IMG/VR virus record: IMGVR_UViG_3300042298_004026
Direction: 5' to 3' (one strand)
Length of the DNA stretch: 64,000 bases
From: an uncultured virus (IMG/VR IMGVR_UViG_3300042298_004026)
Lineage: Duplodnaviria > Heunggongvirae > Uroviricota > Caudoviricetes
A model generated the notes under the pieces. It was not told the origin of the DNA. It saw only the letters and a program-made list of their open reading frames with translations, and ran no database searches. Positions 1-6,673 of the stretch are shown piece by piece. The first letter of the stretch is position 1. Each line of letters begins with the position of its first letter. The position numbers and the translations under genes are program-made.

Positions 1-1
1 G

Positions 2-421
2 GTGCAGATGGAGAAGTGGAAGAAGAAGATTCAAAAATACAAATTTCCTTTTCATCTCTCAGCAAAGTACAAATTTCCAATTAACATCTTTACTAATCGA
101 GCCGGTACTGTAAAGACAGAAGGGGTTCCACAGGAAGTACTGCGGCGGCCATGCTTCTTACCACATACAAAAGCATTCATTGATTGGGATGGGAGTATGC
201 TATTATGTTGTAATGATTGGGCTCGTGCAGCTGGTCGTTTTGGTAATGTGAACATAACACCCTTTCATAAACTGTGGCTCTCAGAAGAAATGAACAGCAT
301 CCGAAAAAAGTTGTTAAATGATAGAGTGAATGGGGGTGACCCGTGCAATGTTTGTAATGCTACGGGTAACCAAAAGCTCACAGCTGAGGTACGTCAGGTT
401 TGGCATGATGCGCTTAATTGA
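2..421 (+). CDS. Radical SAM protein, C-terminal SPASM/twitch Fe-S domain (5'-truncated by window edge)
   Basis: Motifs CFLP...IDWDGSMLLCCNDW...FGNVN...LW...PCNVCN match the SPASM cysteine pattern. The ORF is open from the window start. Confidence 0.75.
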   Translation: MQMEKWKKKIQKYKFPFHLSAKYKFPINIFTNRAGTVKTEGVPQEVLRRPCFLPHTKAFIDWDGSMLLCCNDWARAAGRFGNVNITPFHKLWLSEEMNSIRKKLLNDRVNGGDPCNVCNATGNQKLTAEVRQVWHDALN

Positions 422-935
422 AGTGTTATCAGAAAAAAACGATATCACTCCTTTTATACAAGAAGTACTTACACCTCAAGTACAATCGTTGTGGCAAAGC
501 TATGGAAAATCTTTTTACGCGTTTCGCCACACTGAGTCCATTCGGTTGTTGGGACCGTCAGAACAAGTCGGTGCTGTTACAATGGAGAATGTACTTAGAA
601 ACAATACAGAGATTGTTGATTTGACTAATGGCCTTTTTCCAAAAACTGTTGACTGGCTTCAAACAAATTTTGTATCATTGCAAAGAGCTGCTTTAATAAA
701 GCTGTACCCTTTTAAAGATGTTGCCCTTCATGTTGATCGAGGTGATTATTTTGATAAAACTAAACGTTTCCATTTATGCTTAAAGGGGTCGTACCGATAT
801 TTTGTAGGTGAAGAAAGTTTAGATGTTGTACCTGGAATGTTATTCACATTTCGGAATGATGTTAGGCATGGAACACAAAATTTAAACAGAGAGGATCGAA
901 TAACTCTTATGTTTGACGTTTTAAAGCCTCTGTAG
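405..935 (+). CDS. Aspartyl/asparaginyl beta-hydroxylase-like Fe(II)/2OG oxygenase
   Basis: Motifs VALHVDRG...RFHLCL...HGTQN...DRITLMFD (HxD...H...R). The start is placed at ATG 405/408, overlapping the upstream stop. The stop codon lies inside the tRNA-Ile 5' end. Confidence 0.75.
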   Translation: MMRLIEVLSEKNDITPFIQEVLTPQVQSLWQSYGKSFYAFRHTESIRLLGPSEQVGAVTMENVLRNNTEIVDLTNGLFPKTVDWLQTNFVSLQRAALIKLYPFKDVALHVDRGDYFDKTKRFHLCLKGSYRYFVGEESLDVVPGMLFTFRNDVRHGTQNLNREDRITLMFDVLKPL

Positions 936-1017
936 CTCAGTGGTAGAGCAGCGGATTTATACCCCGTAGCGCCAGATAAGCGGCAGGTCGTTGGTTCGAA
1001 TCCAACCAGAGGCACCA
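926..1017 (+). tRNA. tRNA-Ile(UAU) with long variable arm
   Basis: Acceptor stem GCCTCTG/CAGAGGC, discriminator A, encoded CCA. D-arm GCTC/GAGC. Anticodon loop TT-TAT-AC (anticodon 958-960). About 22-nt variable region. T-arm GTTGG-TTCGAAT-CCAAC. Confidence 0.85.
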
Positions 1018-1021
1018 GTTA

Positions 1022-1098
1022 CTGACCGTAGCTCAGTCGGATAGAGCAACGGATTTCTAATCCGTTGGTCGGGGGTTCGAATCCCTCCGGTCAGGCCA
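1022..1098 (+). tRNA. tRNA-Arg(UCU)
   Basis: Acceptor CTGACCG/CGGTCAG plus G-CCA. Anticodon arm ACGGA-TT-TCT-AA-TCCGT. T-loop TTCGAAT. Confidence 0.95.
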
Positions 1099-1102
1099 AA
1101 TT

Positions 1103-1190
1103 GCGGATGTGGCGAAATAGGTGAAACGCAGCAGACTTAAAATCTGCCACATAAGAAACGATGCGGGTTCGAATCCCGCCATCCGCACCA
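1103..1190 (+). tRNA. tRNA-Leu(UAA)
   Basis: Acceptor GCGGATG/CATCCGC plus A-CCA. Anticodon arm GCAGA-CT-TAA-AA-TCTGC. Long variable region. T-arm GCGGG-TTCGAAT-CCCGC. Confidence 0.93.
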
Positions 1191-1213
1191 CCTAAATATT
1201 TTTATTTGAACGA

Positions 1214-1798
1214 ATGAATTACTTTCAGTATAACTTTGAGTTTGAGAGACAACTAACTCTATACGCTAGAAAAGTGTTTTTACGAAGTAATGACCCGCTC
1301 ACATCCTTTGGCTTGCTGCCAAAACAAATACCGGATGACATCCTTTTATCAACAAACAGCGAGTTAACACAGAAGGGATTGCCGCCTGTCCAATTTATAC
1401 ATTTTTGGCGGAAGCCGTCCAACCATCATCAGCCTATCCACGTTGACCCGTGGGACTGGGATGTGATTGCAGGTCGCACTACAGACATAGTTCCAACGCA
1501 CGTTGCAATTAACATTCCATTAACAGAGAACGCTAGTACAGAAATGTTCTGGTATGATGGATCTTTCCGACTTGTACCGAAGATCTTTATGGTTCAATCA
1601 AAAAAAGTGCAAGTGTTTGATATCGACTGGCAATCTGATCACGTTGTATGTGATAAACTTCATGTAAACGACACGTACATTTTACGTGTCAGCAAACCTC
1701 ACAATGTTATTTTGGGAAATAAGACGCGGGACTTAATCTCTATACGGTTAAAAAACAACCCTACTTTCGAGCATATAGTAGGAGCGCTGAGAAAATAA
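1214..1798 (+). CDS. Putative double-stranded beta-helix Fe(II)/2OG oxygenase-like protein (paralogue 1)
   Basis: Motifs PIHVD...VAINIP...PHNV...RDLISIRL. Confidence 0.55.
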   Translation: MNYFQYNFEFERQLTLYARKVFLRSNDPLTSFGLLPKQIPDDILLSTNSELTQKGLPPVQFIHFWRKPSNHHQPIHVDPWDWDVIAGRTTDIVPTHVAINIPLTENASTEMFWYDGSFRLVPKIFMVQSKKVQVFDIDWQSDHVVCDKLHVNDTYILRVSKPHNVILGNKTRDLISIRLKNNPTFEHIVGALRK

Positions 1799-1799
1799 T

Positions 1800-2450
1800 A
1801 TGAAACACTCTGCATCGGGCGATCATTACTTCGAGTACGATCAGTTTTCATTTGTACCCTTTCTTCAACAGTGGGCTCTTGAAGAGACAGAGAGGTTTAT
1901 GGGCAATAGCTCGGATAAGCCTTTCAACTTTACGCGGTTGTATTGGCGTCACGAAATCGATTCCGTGGTGAGGAGGCTTGATGAAGAATTGATCGCAAAA
2001 GGTCTTCCACACGTTGAATTTATACACTTGTTTCGTCGCCCCCCGTTTTTTACATCAGCGATACATTACGACACATATAATGTAACCAATTATGGGCCAA
2101 CCAAATTTAACGGTATATTTCATAGAAAAACTGCTTTCAACATTCCTGTAGAGGGGTGTGACGATGAGAGTTTCTTTAACTTTTATCAGATGCATACGCC
2201 GGAGAAGATGGAACTAATCGATAGCGTCGACCACAACGGCAACAGATACGCTAAAACACATATTACGTGGGACGAAGACCCAAACAAACCTCCTACTTTG
2301 CTTGAGCAAGCACATATGAAGAATCCAATGTTTGTTAGATCAGGTCTTCCACATCAAGGTGTAACTGGGTCAGTTTCAAAAATACATTTATCAATGCGAT
2401 TTATAAAAAACGAACCTTTAGAGTTTTTTAAATCGAGACTTTTGGTATGA
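1800..2450 (+). CDS. Putative Fe(II)/2OG oxygenase-like protein (paralogue 2)
   Basis: Motifs KGLP...AIHYD...AFNIP...PHQG...LSMRF, in the same order as the flanking ORFs. Confidence 0.55.
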   Translation: MKHSASGDHYFEYDQFSFVPFLQQWALEETERFMGNSSDKPFNFTRLYWRHEIDSVVRRLDEELIAKGLPHVEFIHLFRRPPFFTSAIHYDTYNVTNYGPTKFNGIFHRKTAFNIPVEGCDDESFFNFYQMHTPEKMELIDSVDHNGNRYAKTHITWDEDPNKPPTLLEQAHMKNPMFVRSGLPHQGVTGSVSKIHLSMRFIKNEPLEFFKSRLLV

Positions 2451-3028
2451 AATTTTTTTTCTACGATTTTGATTTCGTGCCGTTGTTTAAAGAGCATGTA
2501 TTAAAGTTATATAACCAGCAGCTCATACCACCCGGTCCGTCGCATGTCTTTGCAAAGCAGTATCCTAAATTACGCGATGTGGTTAATTATGAGCTTAAGG
2601 CAAAAAGATTGCCCTTATTTGAGCACCTCCATTTTATCAATTGGCCAGCAAGCTCTCTCGACGCAACGGCTATTCATGTTGATGGCTCGTATGGAAGCAA
2701 CGGACCTAAACATGCTGCATACAATATTCCGATTTTTGGTTCAAGCGGCGTTAATTATGAATGGTTTGCTGAACCGTATCAATTTGAGGAAAAACAAGTT
2801 ACAATGCCAAATGGACGAGTTTTGACTAAACAAATACCCGTCTTTCCTCATCAACCTATTGTTAGTGAAAGTGTATCTGTTTCAGGTAACTTATTTCTAT
2901 GTACTCATATACCCCATAGAGCTACGTTATCAAAAGAAAAGAGGTTGATAATATCTTTGCGATTTGAAGGCAATTGGACAGTATCACAATTTAAAACAGC
3001 GGTTGAGAGGGAGGATATTCATGGCTAA
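2447..3028 (+). CDS. Putative Fe(II)/2OG oxygenase-like protein (paralogue 3)
   Basis: Motifs KRLP...AIHVD...AYNIP...PHRA...RLIISLRF. ATGA overlap with the upstream gene. Confidence 0.55.
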   Translation: MKFFFYDFDFVPLFKEHVLKLYNQQLIPPGPSHVFAKQYPKLRDVVNYELKAKRLPLFEHLHFINWPASSLDATAIHVDGSYGSNGPKHAAYNIPIFGSSGVNYEWFAEPYQFEEKQVTMPNGRVLTKQIPVFPHQPIVSESVSVSGNLFLCTHIPHRATLSKEKRLIISLRFEGNWTVSQFKTAVEREDIHG

Positions 3029-3164
3029 TACTTTACCCGAAGATAATACATATGTTGATAAGAATGAATACTACGATATACTTACAACGGAGGATTGTTT
3101 TACATTTGTTGTAAATACGGATGATCTTGAAATCGGAGAGAATATCATTCTTGGTTATAACTAG
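3021..3164 (+). CDS. Small acidic hypothetical protein (47 aa)
   Basis: ATG at 3021 is preceded by GGAGG. The ORF fills the gap between neighbouring genes. Confidence 0.45.
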   Translation: MANTLPEDNTYVDKNEYYDILTTEDCFTFVVNTDDLEIGENIILGYN

Positions 3165-3172
3165 GATTTGTT

Positions 3173-3640
3173 ATGAAGATGAATATTGATGAAGTAAAAG
3201 AGTTTATTCAAAAACAATCGGAATCAACAAAAATTTACATAGGTGCTGATTCTGTACGTTTCCAGCACAAAAAGAAATGGTACGCAGAGTACACGCTGGC
3301 TGTTGTTATTCATATTGATGGTCAACATGGTTGTAAAGTATTTGGTGAAATACAAAACGAGCCCGACTTTGATCAGAAGAAAAATAAACCAGCTCTTAGA
3401 CTTATGAATGAAGTATATAAAGTGTCAGAGCTATTTCAAAAACTATCCGATGTGCTTGCCGACCGTCACGTGGAAGTTCATCTTGATATTAATCCTGATG
3501 AGAAATATGGGTCGAGCTGTGTTGTACAACAAGCGATTGGTTACATCAAAGGCACGTGTAACATTATTCCCATGGTTAAACCAAATGCATTCGCTGCATC
3601 ATATGCAGCAGATCGTTTGAGAGAGGTTATATCAGCATGA
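3173..3640 (+). CDS. RNase H-like YkuK (DUF458) family protein
   Basis: Motifs KIYIGADS...RLMNEV...EVHLDIN...VKPNAFAASYAAD. Confidence 0.8.
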   Translation: MKMNIDEVKEFIQKQSESTKIYIGADSVRFQHKKKWYAEYTLAVVIHIDGQHGCKVFGEIQNEPDFDQKKNKPALRLMNEVYKVSELFQKLSDVLADRHVEVHLDINPDEKYGSSCVVQQAIGYIKGTCNIIPMVKPNAFAASYAADRLREVISA

Positions 3641-4275
3641 ACATTCTTGCTGCAACAATTAATTTGCCGTTGTTAGATAAAGAAAAGGCATTAGCAGAAA
3701 CTCAATCGGTTGATGAACGTTGTTGGTTCTATGATACGTATCGTCACACTACCATGCTTCCTGTTATGACAATGGGTGGCGAAATGGGTGAGAAGGGTGC
3801 TTCTAATTTTAGAGAGAAAAAGTCATTTCAATGGACTCCTTACGCACCAGAAACACTTGTTGAATGGTTTGAGAATGTTGTATTTCCCTGGATGGGAATG
3901 AAAACACGTATAAGTATTTTGAAGACAAGCCCTGGGCAAAGAAATCACGAACATATTGATTGCTCACCACAGGCTTTTGGAACAAGGCAGCACAAGTTTC
4001 GTATCGTCCTCAAAGGACGAACAGATAGTTTGTACTTCGTCAGTAAGTACTCTCCAATCACGATGTTCAACACTGATGGTCCGTTCATAATGGATGGTAG
4101 CTGGCCTCATGGAATGCACAACTTTACTAACGAAGAGAAGTACACGGTAGCAGTTGGTGCTCCTTGGACAGGTTTAGAGAATTACAACAATCTTGGACCC
4201 CATATCATTCTACGTAATCCGATCCTTCTGCCGGAAGATCTAAAGAGATATTATGATCAACGATACTTCAAATAA
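3637..4275 (+). CDS. Aspartyl/asparaginyl beta-hydroxylase-like Fe(II)/2OG oxygenase
   Basis: Motifs RISIL...NHEHIDC...KFRIVL...DGSWPHGMHN. Confidence 0.6.
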   Translation: MNILAATINLPLLDKEKALAETQSVDERCWFYDTYRHTTMLPVMTMGGEMGEKGASNFREKKSFQWTPYAPETLVEWFENVVFPWMGMKTRISILKTSPGQRNHEHIDCSPQAFGTRQHKFRIVLKGRTDSLYFVSKYSPITMFNTDGPFIMDGSWPHGMHNFTNEEKYTVAVGAPWTGLENYNNLGPHIILRNPILLPEDLKRYYDQRYFK

Positions 4276-4867
4276 GGTTGAGTTTTTTGAAGCTGGTAGG
4301 GACAAATATAAGTTCACTATCATAACAAATTTTGATACCGATAATGTGAGCTTAATTCAATCTTTGTGGGAAAGTTATTCAGGGAACAGGCTTAAACAAA
4401 ATTACACTCCTGAAGCACTTAAAAGATTGCTCCGAGCTCAGCGTTTTGATCTGGGATTCTTTGTTGTCGAGCGAAATGACGTGGTAGTTGCGTCGTTTGG
4501 CTTAACACTATATAATCGCTGGGCCGTAGGTACCCGTTACATAAAACACACAAAGAAAATAGAGCCAATAGCTGCAACAGTTATAGCACCTTTTTTAAAA
4601 AAGTTCCTCGATGGGAAAGTCGATGGAATGGCAGTAGCTTATAATAGTGAAGAAAGAAGAACACTTAGTGTGTTCAGTGAAAAAGCTGATCGTGTATTTG
4701 TTTATAAAAAAATAAGCGATGACGATTTGAAGCACCTTTATGAATTTAAGGAACTAGATTATGAAGTTTTCTACAGAAACACTCGTCAACGAGTTTTTTA
4801 TGCTCCATACAAAGAAGGAGCTAAACCGGTTTTTGAACGATATACAGGATCCAATGACAGAAATTAG
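4253..4867 (+). CDS. Hypothetical protein, possibly GNAT-like fold
   Basis: 204-aa ORF. FFVVERNDVVVASFG...RY resembles GNAT strands, but the match is weak. Confidence 0.35.
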   Translation: MINDTSNKVEFFEAGRDKYKFTIITNFDTDNVSLIQSLWESYSGNRLKQNYTPEALKRLLRAQRFDLGFFVVERNDVVVASFGLTLYNRWAVGTRYIKHTKKIEPIAATVIAPFLKKFLDGKVDGMAVAYNSEERRTLSVFSEKADRVFVYKKISDDDLKHLYEFKELDYEVFYRNTRQRVFYAPYKEGAKPVFERYTGSNDRN

Positions 4868-5090
4868 TCCAGTTAAGTCCCTAAAAGATTTTCAACGAGA
4901 TGTAGAGAGATTAGCTTTTGAAAAACGTATCGATTTCATGGAAGCCGTCCTGCTTTATTGTGAGCAGACAGGTATGGAAATTGAGACAGCTGGTAGTTTG
5001 ATTAAGTCGAGTGCAAAAATGAAAGCTCGGATTCAAGATGAAGCCGAGGCACTCAACTACTTCCCTAAAACAACAAAGCTGCCTTTGTGA
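4854..5090 (+). CDS. gp33: Late-promoter transcription co-activator (T4 gp33-like)
   Basis: Motifs FQRDVERL...DFMEAVLLYCE...MEIETAGSLI...KARIQDEAEALNYF. Lies directly upstream of gp59-gp32 as in T4-like phages. Confidence 0.88.
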   Translation: MTEISPVKSLKDFQRDVERLAFEKRIDFMEAVLLYCEQTGMEIETAGSLIKSSAKMKARIQDEAEALNYFPKTTKLPL

Positions 5091-5692
5091 TGTTTGCGCT
5101 ACGGATGGACGCGTTCGAAGCATATAAACGCTACCTTGCTCTGAAAAGTCATTTTACCACCGATCGGTATGACTTCTTCAAGTACAACGGTGCAGTGAAG
5201 GCTCAACGTGATAAGTTTGAAACACGTAACGACAAGTACTTTTTTCATAAACTATCAAAACACAAAGATCTAACTAACTTTTTAGTAGCTTTGTTTGTTT
5301 ATGGTAAACATGATATGTGGATTGGTGATGTCCTTCGTAATGAAGAATCTGATAAGATGTATCGTGAGTGGTTACGTGTGAAGGAATCATTGACATATGT
5401 TTTTAAAAATGATATTGAGAAGTTTAATGAGGATCTTATAAGCAGTTTTGTGGTGACCGATGGTCAACATCCCCACGCTCTTAAACTTTTACTGCGAAAA
5501 GAAATTCACATTGAAACATTTATTATTATGAACGACATCCTTAGGTTCAGTCCTATGTGGAACCGCGAGATTAAAGAACAGGCTGTGTGGCCTGATGTGA
5601 GGAAGAAGTGTAAGAAGTATTTTCCTTTCATGCAATATGACAAAGACCAACTCAAAAAAGTTGTTGTTGACCGTTTTAATGTTAGTCTGTAA
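5087..5692 (+). CDS. gp59: Helicase loader (T4 gp59-like)
   Basis: Motifs AYKRYLALKSHFTTDRYDFFKYNG...RNDKYFFHKL...GQHP...KY.PF, plus synteny. Confidence 0.92.
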   Translation: MMFALRMDAFEAYKRYLALKSHFTTDRYDFFKYNGAVKAQRDKFETRNDKYFFHKLSKHKDLTNFLVALFVYGKHDMWIGDVLRNEESDKMYREWLRVKESLTYVFKNDIEKFNEDLISSFVVTDGQHPHALKLLLRKEIHIETFIIMNDILRFSPMWNREIKEQAVWPDVRKKCKKYFPFMQYDKDQLKKVVVDRFNVSL

Positions 5693-5700
5693 GATAAATA
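5667..5700 (+). promoter_or_regulatory. Candidate dual promoter for gp32: sigma70-type TTGACC-N17-TAAGAT overlapping late-type GATAAATA
   Basis: TTGACC at 5667-5672, TAAGAT at 5690-5695, GATAAATA at 5693-5700. Confidence 0.55.
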
Positions 5701-5764
5701 TCTGTATCGTTATGATACTGTGGACACGCAAATACAAATCACACTTTTATACAAGGAAATACAC

Positions 5765-6673
5765 ATGACAATCGATTTCAAAGCCCTCAAAAAAGCTAGC
5801 GCCACCTCTCTGCAAACGGCTCAGAGCGCTGTTGAAAAGCTAGCAACTCCCTCAACCAAGCCTCAAGACGACGATCGTTTTTGGCGACCCACTGTGGACA
5901 AAGCTGGTAATGGTTACGCTGTTATTCGTTTCCTTCCTGCGCCTGCTGGTGAGGACGTTCCGTTTGTTCGACTGTTCGATCACGCGTTCCAAGGTCCTGG
6001 TGGTTGGTTGATTGATGGGTGTCTCACTACCATTAACGAGAAATGCCCTGTATGCGAGCATAACAGTGCTTTGTGGGCAACTGGTTCGAAAGAGAACCAA
6101 GACTCAGTACGTAAACAGAAGCGCAAGTTGTCCTTTATCAGCAACATCTATGTTGTGAAAGATCCTTCCAATCCCGAAAACGAAGGGCGTGTCTTCTTGT
6201 TTAAGTATGGCAAGAAGATCTTTGATAAACTTAATGCAGCAATGAATCCTGAATTTGAGGATGAAGATTCAGTTAATCCGTTTGATTTCTGGACGGGTGC
6301 TAACTTCAAGCTCAAAATTCGTAAAGTTGAAGGCTATCAGAATTACGACAAGTCTGAGTTTGATACTCCGGAGCCTCTTTTGTCTGATGATGATGAGCTC
6401 GAGGCTATTTGGAAGCGTGAATACTCTTTGCAGCCGTTCCTGGATAAGTCAAACTATAAGTCGTATGACGATATCAAGAATCGTCTGAATAAAGTATTGT
6501 CGCTTGCTATGGCACCTGCAGCTAAGTCTAATGCTTTTGAAGATGAAGCACCTGTTATGCGTGCAGCAGCTCCGAAACCTGCTCCTACGAAAGCTCCGAA
6601 GGCGGACTTGCCATGGGACGAACAGGAAGATGAAGACATGCTCCTATTCCAGAAGCTGGCTAGTGACGACTAA
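5765..6673 (+). CDS. gp32: Single-stranded DNA-binding protein (T4 gp32-like)
   Basis: DDRFWRPTVDKAGNGYAVIRFLP; Zn-site H...C...CPVC; FKYGKKIFDK; acidic C-terminus. AAGGA ribosome-binding site before ATG 5765. Confidence 0.97.
   Translation: MTIDFKALKKASATSLQTAQSAVEKLATPSTKPQDDDRFWRPTVDKAGNGYAVIRFLPAPAGEDVPFVRLFDHAFQGPGGWLIDGCLTTINEKCPVCEHNSALWATGSKENQDSVRKQKRKLSFISNIYVVKDPSNPENEGRVFLFKYGKKIFDKLNAAMNPEFEDEDSVNPFDFWTGANFKLKIRKVEGYQNYDKSEFDTPEPLLSDDDELEAIWKREYSLQPFLDKSNYKSYDDIKNRLNKVLSLAMAPAAKSNAFEDEAPVMRAAAPKPAPTKAPKADLPWDEQEDEDMLLFQKLASDD

Noticed and set aside
746..1015. 89-aa minus-strand ORF
   Set aside because: It is antisense to tRNA-Ile and the oxygenase gene.
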